Shown here in pieces: positions 9,403-18,968 of a stretch of 23,379 nucleotides of DNA. Positions within the stretch are counted from its first letter, which is position 1. The number at the start of each line of letters is the position of its first letter. Origin of the DNA: an uncultured bacterium (GTDB taxonomy: Bacteria > SAR324 > NAC60-12); contig CBFIGY010000041.1 of the NCBI GenBank assembly GCA_965662235.1, forward strand, positions 1 to 23,379. Reading direction: 5' to 3'. The translations under genes and the position numbers were made by a program. The notes below the pieces were generated by a model. That model saw nothing but the letters and a program-made list of their open reading frames with translations, made no database searches and was not told the origin of the DNA.

Positions 9403-11342
9403 GCTCGTTTCACTTCCTCCGTCCCGAGTGGCTGCTGGTGATTCCGGTCGCGTGGCTGCTGGCGTGGTTCCTGAGCCAGTTCCGCAAAACGTCCGGCGAC
9501 TGGGGTCGGGTGATGGATGGGCACCTGCTGAACTTCCTCAGTGGCGCCACGGCACCGCGGTCGGTGAAGACGCAGCGCTGGGTGAGCTTTGGGCTCATGT
9601 GGACCCTGCTGGCGTTGGCGCTGGCGGGCCCGGCTTGGGAACGTTTGGAGACGCCGGTGCTCCGGGCGGCACAAGCACGGGTGGTCATCCTTGACCTGTC
9701 GTGGTCCATGCTGTCTCCGGACGTGAAACCCAATCGGTTGGAGCGGACCCGGTTCAAGCTGCTGGACCTCCTCAAACGCTTCAAGGAAGGCGACACGGCT
9801 CTGGTGGCCTACGCCGGATCTGCGGATGTGGTTGCTCCGCTCACACCGGACACCAACACGATTGCGAACCTGGTTCCGGTGCTGGAGCCCAGTCTCATGC
9901 CGGTGCCGGGAAGCCGTCCGGAACAAGCCTTTGAGCTTGCGGCTTCGCTGCTGACCCGTCAGCAGATTCCGCAGGGGACGTTTTATTGGCTCACGGATGG
10001 CCTCGCTGCTGATCAGGTGGAAGCGGTGCAGGCGGCCTTGGGTCCGAATCGGCTCGTGGTCCTTGCGGTGGGAACCGAATCCGGGGCGCCCATTCCAACC
10101 GGGCAGGGGGAGTTCATCCGGGACGCCCAGGGACGCATTGTGGTGCCGCAGCTGAAATTGGAACCGCTCCAGCAGGTCGCAGAACCTTCCGGAGGAGGTG
10201 TGGTGCCGGCACGTCTGGATGATCAGGATCTGGATCAGCTGGTCCGGTGGGAAGCCCAGGCGACGGAGTTTGCAAAGGAAAGCGACCAGCAAGTGGCGGA
10301 GCGTTGGCGCGATGAAGGCATCTGGCTGGTGCTGGCGGCAGTGCCCTTTGCGGCGTGGCTCTTCCGGCGTGGGATGATCTGGATGTGGTGGGGGGCGATG
10401 CTGCTGCTTCCCCCGCCTGCCCAGGCGTTCAAGTGGCAGGACCTCTGGCAGCGCCCGGATCAGCAGGGGCAGGTTCTGTTTGATCAGGGCGTTGCCGATC
10501 AGGCGGCGGAGGCTTTTGAAAATCCGGAGTGGCAAGGAGTCTCGCACTACCGGGCTGGGAACTTTGAGCAAGCCGCTCAGCAACTGGAAGGCGTGGAAAC
10601 CGCTCGGGCGCAGTACAACCGTGGAAACGCATTGGCCAAATCGGGCAAGCTGCAGGAGGCTCTTGATGCCTACGATCAGGCCCTTGCGCTGAGTCCGGAC
10701 GATGAGGACACCCGCTTTAACCGCGACCTTGTGCAACAGCTCCTGGATCAGCAACAGAGCCAGCAGCAGAACCAACAGCAACAGAATCCGCAGCAAAGCC
10801 CGCAACAACCGTCTTCGGACTCGTCGCAAAACCAACAGTCGGGGCAGCAGCAACAGCAGAGTCCGCAACAGGGGCAGCAGCAGAACTCGTCTCAAGGCGC
10901 CCCACAATCCGGTGATTCCGGTTCGTCTCAAGGCTCTTCAGCCGATTCGGCTTCAGCGAACGCGGCAGAGAAAAATCCTTCGGGGCCGCCCCCGCCTCCA
11001 CAGAATCCTCAGGAGGCTCAGGCTCAGCAGCAGGCGAACGCCGACTCAGCGTCACCGGAGTCTCAAGCCTCTGCCTCTGCAGATGAACAAAAGCCAGAAG
11101 CTCCTCCAGAAAATACATCATCGGTGACACCGACCAAGAAGCCTCCGGATGCGGAGTCGTCTCCGGAGCAGCCGGTCGCTGTTCCCCGTCCCGGAGATGA
11201 GCTGACGCCTCAGCAGCAGCAGCTGGAGCAGGCGCTCCGGCAGGTTCCTAATGATCCCGGGCGGTTGCTCCGGAACAAGTTTCGCCTTCGGCAGCAGCAG
11301 CGGGGGCGCCCTGACCTTAACCCTGACCAACCTTTTTGGTGA
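9399..11342 (+). CDS. VWA + TPR protein (BatB/BatC-like fusion) with Q/S/P-rich linker
   Basis: FHFLRPEWL start, DLSWSM, LTDG, TPR YNRGNALAK...YDQALAL, Q-rich tract, C-terminal PNDPGRLLRNKF. ATG at 9399 overlaps the upstream TGA and follows GGAGG. Confidence 0.92.
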   Translation: MSSFHFLRPEWLLVIPVAWLLAWFLSQFRKTSGDWGRVMDGHLLNFLSGATAPRSVKTQRWVSFGLMWTLLALALAGPAWERLETPVLRAAQARVVILDLSWSMLSPDVKPNRLERTRFKLLDLLKRFKEGDTALVAYAGSADVVAPLTPDTNTIANLVPVLEPSLMPVPGSRPEQAFELAASLLTRQQIPQGTFYWLTDGLAADQVEAVQAALGPNRLVVLAVGTESGAPIPTGQGEFIRDAQGRIVVPQLKLEPLQQVAEPSGGGVVPARLDDQDLDQLVRWEAQATEFAKESDQQVAERWRDEGIWLVLAAVPFAAWLFRRGMIWMWWGAMLLLPPPAQAFKWQDLWQRPDQQGQVLFDQGVADQAAEAFENPEWQGVSHYRAGNFEQAAQQLEGVETARAQYNRGNALAKSGKLQEALDAYDQALALSPDDEDTRFNRDLVQQLLDQQQSQQQNQQQQNPQQSPQQPSSDSSQNQQSGQQQQQSPQQGQQQNSSQGAPQSGDSGSSQGSSADSASANAAEKNPSGPPPPPQNPQEAQAQQQANADSASPESQASASADEQKPEAPPENTSSVTPTKKPPDAESSPEQPVAVPRPGDELTPQQQQLEQALRQVPNDPGRLLRNKFRLRQQQRGRPDLNPDQPFW

Positions 11343-13009
11343 TGCAGCGTATTTTGCTTTTTTGGGCTCTGGCTTTGGTGGTTCCGCTGATGGCACAGGC
11401 CAAGGTGACCGCCTGGGTGAGCCACAATCCGGTCTCGTTGGGCGAGACGTTTGAGCTGTTTGTGGAGGCAGAGGGGCTTCCGGATGATGCCGAGCCGGAC
11501 GTTTCGCGGCTGGGGCCGTTTGATGTGCTCTCGCAGAGCGTCCAGAGCAACACGACCATTGTCAACACCAGTGTCACGCAGAGCCGGCGCTGGACGTTTA
11601 CGTTGCTTCCCAAGCAGGCGGGGAAGATGGCCTTGCCTCCGATTCGGGTGGGCCCGGAGGAATCGCAGGCGATTCCACTGGAGGTCCGAAACCAGCCCCG
11701 TTCCGGGAAGGGGGAGGATCAGGTGGTGTGGCTGGAGGGGGAGCTTTCGAAGGAAGAGGTGTACCCCGGAGAGGAAGTGGATTATGTGGTTCGTATCTTC
11801 CGGACAGTCGATGCCAGCAACGAGAGCCTGTCATCGTTCAATCCTCAGAATGCCGACCTGGAACGGTACGACCAGCAGACGGCGGTGCAGGTGGTAAAGG
11901 GGCAGCGGGTGAAGGTGACGGAGCTGCGGTATGCGATCTTTCCTCAGCAGCCGGGGGAGTTGGTGGTGCCGGGGTTGCGGTATCAAGGAGACATTCCCGA
12001 TGGACGGCAGCGAGATCCGTTTGACCCCTTCAAGCTCATGCGCCGTGGTGGCAAGCGCATTTACCGCGAACTTCCTCCTCAGACCGTGAAGGTGTGGGAA
12101 CGTCCTCCGGAGGTCAAGGGCTGGTGGCTTCCGGCACGGGACCTGAAGATCACGTCCAGCTGGGCGCCGGATCCTCCAACCTTTCGAGTGGGCGAACCCG
12201 CAACCTGGACCCTGCAGCTTCAGGCGCTTGGCGTGAGGCCTGGTCAGCTTCCGGAGCTTCAGCCCCAGCTTCCTGATGGCCTGAAGAGCTATCCGGAGCA
12301 GCCTCAGCTGGACACCTTCCGGGAGCCGGAGGGCGTGAAGGCGTACCGGACTCAGGCGATGGCACTCATTCCCTCGAAGCCCGGCACCTTGACGATTCCG
12401 GAGCAGCGGGTGGCTTGGTGGGACGTGCAGACTCATCAGCTGCGGGAGACGGTGGTGCCTGCACAAACGGTGACGGTGCTTCCGGGAGCCGAAGATGCCG
12501 CGCCTCCGGTGCCGTCCAATCGCCCAGCTGTGGCAGAACCGCAGGCGGCGCTGCAAACGGAGGCTCCGGTAGCCGGAGCTGGCGCAGAGAATCTGACGCT
12601 TTGGCAGGTCGCCACCGGCGCACTGGCTGTGGGATGGGGGCTGACCCTGTTGGCGTGGTGGGGAACGCGTCGTCGAAGAACGGGCGCAGGCCTAGAGCCG
12701 GAGACGGAGAACCCGTCCGAGCAAGCGGCATGGAAGCGGTTGCAGGAAGCGGAGGAGCATCCACCGCGCTTCCGGAACGCTTTGCGAGAGTGGATTGCGA
12801 GCCGGTGGCCGGAGGAACCGGCGACTCTGGAAACGCTAGGGCGGCATTGTCCGGAGGCCCGTGAGGCGTTGCAGGCACTGGAGGCCGCATGCTACGGGAT
12901 GCAGTCAAACGGCTGGGACCGCAAGGCGTTGCTGCTGCAGCTGAAGCGGCTCCGGGAGAGCACGTCCTCTGCGTCCGCGGCACCGGCCCTTCCGGAGCTG
13001 TACGCCTGA
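11342..13009 (+). CDS. batD: BatD family protein
   Basis: Signal peptide, repeated beta-rich BatD segments (LLPKQAGKMALPPI, FPQQPGELVVP, IPSKPGTLTIP), C-terminal TM; last gene of the MoxR/Bat operon; TGATG coupling. Confidence 0.88.
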   Translation: MQRILLFWALALVVPLMAQAKVTAWVSHNPVSLGETFELFVEAEGLPDDAEPDVSRLGPFDVLSQSVQSNTTIVNTSVTQSRRWTFTLLPKQAGKMALPPIRVGPEESQAIPLEVRNQPRSGKGEDQVVWLEGELSKEEVYPGEEVDYVVRIFRTVDASNESLSSFNPQNADLERYDQQTAVQVVKGQRVKVTELRYAIFPQQPGELVVPGLRYQGDIPDGRQRDPFDPFKLMRRGGKRIYRELPPQTVKVWERPPEVKGWWLPARDLKITSSWAPDPPTFRVGEPATWTLQLQALGVRPGQLPELQPQLPDGLKSYPEQPQLDTFREPEGVKAYRTQAMALIPSKPGTLTIPEQRVAWWDVQTHQLRETVVPAQTVTVLPGAEDAAPPVPSNRPAVAEPQAALQTEAPVAGAGAENLTLWQVATGALAVGWGLTLLAWWGTRRRRTGAGLEPETENPSEQAAWKRLQEAEEHPPRFRNALREWIASRWPEEPATLETLGRHCPEAREALQALEAACYGMQSNGWDRKALLLQLKRLRESTSSASAAPALPELYA

Positions 13010-13143
13010 TTGACGCGCCTGTGGTTTTTCCGGGACCCCGCGACAGCGCACTTGATTTCATCACAATTCCGCCTAGGATTGAGGGGTTTGCTTTTCCTCC
13101 GCAAGGGGGGTGTTTGAGTTTCATTGACAGCGAAAGGACCATT

Positions 13144-14106
13144 TTGAAGAAGCAACTGGGCATCGGAATCGTGATGCTGTTGGGGGGGCTGATGCCAGGA
13201 GGAGCGCAGGCGGAATTGCGGTCCATGATCATCGGAACCGGAGGCGTGACGGGGGTGTACTTTCCGGCAGGCGGAGCAATTTGCCGGCTGGTCAACGAGG
13301 CTCAGACGAAACTCAATCTCAGGTGCCTGGTGGAAAGCACCGGCGGCTCAGTGGAGAACCTGGAAGCCCTGCGTTCTGGGGAACGGGAATTCGGAGTGGT
13401 GCAGTCGGATTGGCTGTATCACGCTTACCGGGGGACGAGCAAGTTTGCCGACGTGGGCGCTAATCCGGAGCTGCGGGCGATCCTGCAGCTGCATGCGGAA
13501 CCGCTGACGCTGGTTGCACGAGAAGACGCGGACATTGAGACGGTGCAGGACCTGTCGGGCAACCGGGTGAGCCTCGGTGAACTGGGGTCGGGGCAGCGGG
13601 GTCTGATGGAAGTGCTCCTGCGCGGGCTGGGTTGGTCGCAATCGACCTTCTCTGCAGTGAAGGAACTGCCTCCCCGGGAACAGATTCAGGCGCTGTGTGA
13701 CGACCAGGTCGATGTGGCGGCATTTGCCACAGGGCACCCGAACGGCTTGCTGAAGGAAGTGACAACGCGCTGCGACAGCGTGCTGGTGCAGGTGACGGGT
13801 CCGGTGGTGGACCGTTTTGTGGAGGACTTCCCCTTTTACCGGAAGACAACGATTCCGGAAGGCATGTATCGTGGCACCTCAGCACCAGTCAACACCTTTG
13901 GCGTGGGAGCCATGCTGGTGACCACAACGCAGGTGCCTGATGATGTGGTGTATGGCGTCACTGAAACAATTCTGAGCCAACTGGCGGACCTTCAGCAGAT
14001 GCATCCGGCGTTCTCACTGCTTCGTCCGGAAGAGATGGCGGACGCGGGTCGGGTGGTTCCCATTCATGACGGGGCTCAGAAGTACCTCAAGGAGGTCGGC
14101 TTATGA
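13144..14106 (+). CDS. TAXI family TRAP transporter solute-binding subunit
   Basis: Signal peptide, then IGTGGVTGVYFPAGGAIC, STGGSVEN, VQSD, PIHDGAQKY. TTG start at 13144 after AAGGA. Confidence 0.93.
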   Translation: MKKQLGIGIVMLLGGLMPGGAQAELRSMIIGTGGVTGVYFPAGGAICRLVNEAQTKLNLRCLVESTGGSVENLEALRSGEREFGVVQSDWLYHAYRGTSKFADVGANPELRAILQLHAEPLTLVAREDADIETVQDLSGNRVSLGELGSGQRGLMEVLLRGLGWSQSTFSAVKELPPREQIQALCDDQVDVAAFATGHPNGLLKEVTTRCDSVLVQVTGPVVDRFVEDFPFYRKTTIPEGMYRGTSAPVNTFGVGAMLVTTTQVPDDVVYGVTETILSQLADLQQMHPAFSLLRPEEMADAGRVVPIHDGAQKYLKEVGL

Positions 14107-14139
14107 CCCGATCTCATTCAACACGCTGAAGGAGTCACC

Positions 14140-15072
14140 ATGCGTTCCGGAACCTCAGTCCCGCAAACGGAAACCTGGTCGGCGCCTCAAGTGGGTGCAG
14201 GCTATGCGGTACTGGCATACGGAGCGTGGGGGCTGCTTCCGATCTACTGGAAGCTCTTTCCAAACATCCCGGCCATCGAGGTGGTGGCGCACCGGATGCT
14301 GTGGTCCCTCTTCTTTGTCGTTGGCCTGATTGCCTTCCAGCGACGCCTTCCTGAGCTCAAAGCCTACCTCGTCCAGGTCAAACAACTGGGTGTTCTGCTG
14401 CTGACGGCCTTCCTCCTTTCGGCAAACTGGGGGGTGTACGTGTATGGTGTCAACAGCGGAAACGTGGTCCAGACCAGCCTGGGCTACTTCATCAATCCGT
14501 TGATCAATGTGCTGTTTGGCTTCCTGTTTCTGCGGGAACGTTTCAACCGGTGGCAGTCGCTTGCTGTGGGACTGGCGGCCATTGGGGTGGCGAACTTTGT
14601 GTGGAGTGTGGGAGAGTGGCCGTGGATTGCGCTGAGCCTGGGGGTGACGTTTGCGCTGTATGGGCTGCTCCGGAAGCTTGCCCCTGCGCCTCCGCTGATT
14701 GGCTTGGCGATTGAGACCCTGCTGCTGGCACCGGTTGCGGCGGCGCTGATTGTCTGGTGGGATTTTGCCGGCGTGGGCGCATTTGGAACGGAGGGCACTC
14801 AGGACCTGCTGCTGCTCTCTGCAGGGGTGATGACGTCGCTGCCGCTGCTCTGGTTTGCCAATGCCGGAAAGCGTCTGCGGCTTTCGACGCTGGGGCTGTT
14901 CCAGTACATTGCCCCGACCCTGCAGTTTTCTCTGGGGGTCTTTCTGTACGGGGAACCCTTTACGCCGGCACACGCTGTGACCTTTGCGTTCATTTGGATC
15001 GCCTTGGTGATTTACACGAGCAACACGCTCTGGAGCAACCGGAAGGCGCGACAGCTGGCGCAGCTGGGATGA
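14140..15072 (+). CDS. rarD: EamA family transporter RarD
   Basis: WGLLPIYWK, EVVAHRMLWS, NWGVYVY, SLGYFINPL, LSTLGLFQYIAPTLQF; multiple TM helices. Confidence 0.94.
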   Translation: MRSGTSVPQTETWSAPQVGAGYAVLAYGAWGLLPIYWKLFPNIPAIEVVAHRMLWSLFFVVGLIAFQRRLPELKAYLVQVKQLGVLLLTAFLLSANWGVYVYGVNSGNVVQTSLGYFINPLINVLFGFLFLRERFNRWQSLAVGLAAIGVANFVWSVGEWPWIALSLGVTFALYGLLRKLAPAPPLIGLAIETLLLAPVAAALIVWWDFAGVGAFGTEGTQDLLLLSAGVMTSLPLLWFANAGKRLRLSTLGLFQYIAPTLQFSLGVFLYGEPFTPAHAVTFAFIWIALVIYTSNTLWSNRKARQLAQLG

Positions 15073-15276
15073 ACTTCTGGTTCCGCAAATCCTCCTGATT
15101 TTTCTGATACCCCCTCCCTCCTGTTCAAGGCTGATCTGAAACCAGTCTGGGCGCCTCTTGGCGTCCGGGAAGATCGGGTGCCCATGTCTGCTGAAAAAAG
15201 ACGTAATTGTGTTTTTACTTGTGTTTTTAGTTTTGGGTTAGGATGATTCTTTGATTTGCAGGTTTGCTGCTTTAAC

Positions 15277-15314
15277 AGCGGATTTTCGCCATTCTTTCGA
15301 AAACCGCTTTTTTT
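15277..15314 (+). terminator. Intrinsic-terminator-like hairpin plus U-tract
   Basis: AGCGG-A-TTTTCG pairs with CGAAAA-CCGCT and is followed by a T run to 15314. Confidence 0.5.
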
Positions 15315-15354
15315 ATGACGGAACCGGAATGGATTCCGGAGGCTGGAGAGGGTC

Positions 15355-16032
15355 GTGAGTCGAGAAGAGAACGCGGAACGCATCAAAGAAGAGCTTCGGG
15401 CAACCCTGGCGAAGAACATTGTGTCAGCCCGGAAGGCCAAGGCCAAGGTGCTGGGGCGGCACTACACTCAGGAGCAGTTGGCCGATGACTCCGGGATTTC
15501 GACCACGGCCATTGCGCAGATTGAGCGTGGCGAGGTGGACCCGCGGCTTTCAACGATTGCCGGCATTGCGTACGCGCTGGGGGTGAATCCGGTGTTTCTG
15601 CTGTTTGGCAAGCAGGAAATTGAACTGCTGCACCAGATGATTCTGGAGCTGGATGAAGCTTCGCTCAGCGAGCTCTCGGTCCGGTTGTTCAGCGACAGCG
15701 TCAAGGAGATTGAAAAGCTGGCGAACTCGAGCCTTCCGAAGCACCAGGTGAAGGCTTCGCAGATGAGCGCCGGCGCAGTGGCGTTGAAGATCAACCAGCG
15801 TCTGGCCCAGAATGCGCTGGAGGCGGTGGAAGCGAGCCAGCACCTCACCGAGTCGGCCATGAGCGCCATGGATGAGTCGGTCAAGATTGGCGTGGGCACC
15901 AGCGTGGGCATTGGCGCTGCTGTTGCGGGCATCATGGGCGCCACGATTGGTGCCTTCATGGGCATGGCCAACAACGACATGTCCGAAATGCTTTCTGGCG
16001 AGACCCCTTCCGATCCCAACGCCTCGAAGTAA
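15355..16032 (+). CDS. XRE (Cro/C1-type HTH) transcriptional regulator with a C-terminal glycine-zipper-like hydrophobic segment
   Basis: TQEQLADDSGISTTAIAQIERGEVDPRLSTIAGIAYALGV HTH; GTG start after GGAGAGGG; tail GVGTSVGIGAAVAGIMGATIGAFMG. Confidence 0.88.
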   Translation: MSREENAERIKEELRATLAKNIVSARKAKAKVLGRHYTQEQLADDSGISTTAIAQIERGEVDPRLSTIAGIAYALGVNPVFLLFGKQEIELLHQMILELDEASLSELSVRLFSDSVKEIEKLANSSLPKHQVKASQMSAGAVALKINQRLAQNALEAVEASQHLTESAMSAMDESVKIGVGTSVGIGAAVAGIMGATIGAFMGMANNDMSEMLSGETPSDPNASK

Positions 16033-16245
16033 CCTCCTTGAGTTTCCGGAGGCGCTTCCCCGCCTCCTCCCTTCCCGCTTTTGACTCCCGAGTCTCTTCT
16101 TACTCCTCCCGCTGTTTAACGCCCACTTGGGTTCAGGAAGCCTTTCGGTTCATGATGGGGCGCCCGGGGGAATTCGCTTGAATGTGAAGGGGCGTCTGAG
16201 ACAATGTTTCTTTTGTCCGCCCTTAGTAACAAAATTTAAAGAAAT

Positions 16246-17196
16246 ATGAGCCAAGCATCGAACGCCCACCACCGACTCATCATTCTGGGGTCGGGACCTG
16301 CAGGACTGACTGCGGCCATCTATGCCGCCCGTGCCAACCTGAGCCCAGTTATGGTTTCAGGAAATGAGCCGGGAGGTCAGCTGATGATCACCACGGAAGT
16401 GGAGAACTACCCCGGGTTTCCTGATGGGGTGCAGGGGCCGGAGATGATGGACTTCTTTCGTAAGCAAGCCGAACGCTTTGACACGCAGTTTTTCAGTGGT
16501 GACGTCGTGAAGGCCGACCTCTCTCAGCAGCCGTTTCAGTTGGAGCTGGCCGATGGAGGCACCCTGACGTGTGACGCCCTGATTGTGTCCACAGGAGCCT
16601 CGGCTCGCTGGCTGGGTCTGGAGTCGGAGAAGGAGTACAACGGTCATGGCGTGTCGGCCTGTGCCACCTGTGACGGCTTCTTCTTCCGGAACCAGGATGT
16701 CGCTGTCGTCGGAGGCGGAGATACCGCCTTGGAAGAAGCCCTGTACCTGGCCAACCTCTGCAAGAGTGTGACGCTGATTCATCGCCGGGATGAACTCCGG
16801 GCCAGCAAGATCATGCAAGAACGGGCGGAACGTCACGAGCGGGTCTCCATCCTCTGGAACACGGTGGTGGATGAAGTGCTCGGTGACGGTAAAGGCATGA
16901 CGGGCTTACGCCTGCGGGACACTCAGACCGGTGCCCTCAGTGACCGTGAGTTCTCTGGACTGTTTGTGGCGATTGGTCACACCCCCAACACCAAGCTCTT
17001 TCAGGGCCAGCTCGAAATGGATGCCAATGGCTACCTCAAGGTTCGACCGGGCTCAACCTACACCTCGATCCCCGGTGTGTTTGCTGCCGGAGACGTCGCA
17101 GACCCCATCTACCGCCAAGCTGTGACAGCAGCGGGCACGGGCTGCATGGCTGCCATTGATGCGGAACGCTGGCTTGCGGAGCATGAATCTCTCTGA
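16246..17196 (+). CDS. trxB: Thioredoxin-disulfide reductase
   Basis: [58 protein letters not shown]. Confidence 0.98.
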   Translation: MSQASNAHHRLIILGSGPAGLTAAIYAARANLSPVMVSGNEPGGQLMITTEVENYPGFPDGVQGPEMMDFFRKQAERFDTQFFSGDVVKADLSQQPFQLELADGGTLTCDALIVSTGASARWLGLESEKEYNGHGVSACATCDGFFFRNQDVAVVGGGDTALEEALYLANLCKSVTLIHRRDELRASKIMQERAERHERVSILWNTVVDEVLGDGKGMTGLRLRDTQTGALSDREFSGLFVAIGHTPNTKLFQGQLEMDANGYLKVRPGSTYTSIPGVFAAGDVADPIYRQAVTAAGTGCMAAIDAERWLAEHESL

Positions 17197-17220
17197 ATAC
17201 CGCAATACAACCGTTTCATC

Positions 17221-17676
17221 ATGTTAGATCGTTTCAATCACCTCATTCTCCTTCTGCAATCCCTCACCATTTTGGGACTGAGTTACCTGCTCTGGAACAC
17301 GGACCCCGAGTCGGCTCCGGTGCTGCTTCTGGGGCTTGCCCTGCTGGTTGCCTTGGCAGGAGTGATCGTCGCCATCAAGTCGGGAGTCCCGACCGTCACG
17401 GCACAGGGCTCCGGACAGCGTCGGCAGGGGCTCGTCAAGTGGTTCAACCCCAGCAAGGGGTTCGGCTTCATTGAGCAGGATTCTGGAGATGACCTCTTTG
17501 TGCATCAGTCGGAAATTCAACAAGCCGGCTTTCGGTACCTCAACAAGGGAGACCGAGTGGAGTTCGAAATTGGAACCGGCAAGAAGGGGCCGGTGGCGCT
17601 TCATGTCATTCGTCTGGAAGCCGCCCCGGATCCTTATGTGGAAGAACGTCCGGAATCCATCTCCCGCGCCTCCTAA
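17221..17676 (+). CDS. Cold-shock domain protein with two N-terminal transmembrane helices
   Basis: Two hydrophobic segments, then [15 protein letters not shown] (RNP1), LFVHQSEI (RNP2), GDRVEF, GKKGPVA. Confidence 0.9.
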   Translation: MLDRFNHLILLLQSLTILGLSYLLWNTDPESAPVLLLGLALLVALAGVIVAIKSGVPTVTAQGSGQRRQGLVKWFNPSKGFGFIEQDSGDDLFVHQSEIQQAGFRYLNKGDRVEFEIGTGKKGPVALHVIRLEAAPDPYVEERPESISRAS

Positions 17677-17694
17677 CCCTTTTGGACTGCATTC

Positions 17695-18909
17695 ATGAGC
17701 CAAGGTAAAATCGTACTCGCTTACTCCGGAGGTCTGGATACCTCTGTTATTGTTCACTGGCTGGCGTCTAAGGGCTGGGAGGTGGTGGCTCTCTGCCTGG
17801 ACTTGGGACAGAAGGTGGAGGACCTGGAGGAAATTCGGCAGAAGGGCCTGAAGGCGGGCGCCTCGAAGGTGGTGCTGGAGAACGTGGAGGAGGAGTTCGT
17901 CAAGGACTACGTCTTTCCGTCCATTCAGTGGAACGCCCTGTACGAAGGAACTTACCTGCTGGGAACGTCACTGGCGCGTCCGCTGATTGCAAAAAAGCAG
18001 ATCGAGTGGGCCCGTCAGGAAGGCGCAGTGGCTGTGAGCCATGGAGCTACTGGAAAGGGCAACGACCAGGTTCGCTTCGAGCTTGGCTACCTGGCGCTGG
18101 AGCCGGACATTCAGATCCTTGCCCCTTGGAAAATTGAGGAGTTTTACGAGCAGTATCCCGGACGTTCGGAGCTACTCGCTTATGCCGAAAAGCATGGCAT
18201 TCCAGTCAAGGCAACGAAGTCTCAGCCGTGGAGTTCAGATGAAAACCTGATGCACATCAGCTTTGAATCAGGCATGCTGGAGGATCCGTGGCAGGAGCCG
18301 CTGGAGGAAATGTTTGAGCTGTCTCAGTCTCCGCAGCAAGCCCCTGACGCGCCGCAAACCGTGCTCCTCGATTTTGAGGACGGAGTTCCGGTTGCGGTTG
18401 ATGGCGAGCGCCTGTCTCCTGCGAAACTGCTGACCCGTCTCAACGAGTACGGTGGTGAGCACGGGGTTGGACGTGTGGACATGGTGGAGTCCCGGTTTGT
18501 TGGAATGAAGTCCCGAGGCGTGTATGAGACGCCCGGAGGCACCATTCTGCACATTGCCCACCGTGCAATGGAGTCCATCACCATGGACCGCGGAGTGATC
18601 AACCTGAAGGATTCCCTGATGCCCCGGTTTGCAGAACTGGCGTACAATGGGTTCTGGTTCAGCCCCGAAATGGAAGTGCTGCTCGACATGGTCCGGAAGA
18701 CTCAGGAACGCGTGACGGGAACCGTCCGGTTGAACCTGTACCGAGGCAATTGCATCGTGACGGGCCGCAAGTCTCCGTACAGTCTCTATGATGAAGACAT
18801 TGCCACCATGGAAGCGGATCAGGGCAAGTATGACCCGCGTGATGCCAATGGCTTCATTCGGCTTCATGCCTTACCGCTACGCATCCAGGCCCGGTTGCGA
18901 CAGCGCTGA
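17695..18909 (+). CDS. argG: Argininosuccinate synthase
   Basis: LAYSGGLDTS, YLLGTSLARPLI, HGATGKGNDQVRFE, GMKSRGVYETPGG. Confidence 0.98.
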   Translation: MSQGKIVLAYSGGLDTSVIVHWLASKGWEVVALCLDLGQKVEDLEEIRQKGLKAGASKVVLENVEEEFVKDYVFPSIQWNALYEGTYLLGTSLARPLIAKKQIEWARQEGAVAVSHGATGKGNDQVRFELGYLALEPDIQILAPWKIEEFYEQYPGRSELLAYAEKHGIPVKATKSQPWSSDENLMHISFESGMLEDPWQEPLEEMFELSQSPQQAPDAPQTVLLDFEDGVPVAVDGERLSPAKLLTRLNEYGGEHGVGRVDMVESRFVGMKSRGVYETPGGTILHIAHRAMESITMDRGVINLKDSLMPRFAELAYNGFWFSPEMEVLLDMVRKTQERVTGTVRLNLYRGNCIVTGRKSPYSLYDEDIATMEADQGKYDPRDANGFIRLHALPLRIQARLRQR

Positions 18910-18968
18910 CTCTCCGCCGCGTTGCTCCCTCAATGCGGCACCACTCGACGAATCAGGGAGAACCTCCT

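Noticed and set aside
10749..11230. CAG/CAA-rich repeats in the VWA/TPR gene as a novel repeat or array
   Set aside because: In-frame Q/S/P-rich linker typical of BatB/C-type proteins; no regular repeat-spacer structure.
5912..13009. MoxR-VWA-Bat operon as a new system
   Set aside because: Well-known, widespread gene order; only its linkage to the sigma factor is notable.
12889..13143. 85-aa extension of the TAXI protein
   Set aside because: Overlaps batD and a likely promoter; the signal peptide and RBS fit TTG 13144.
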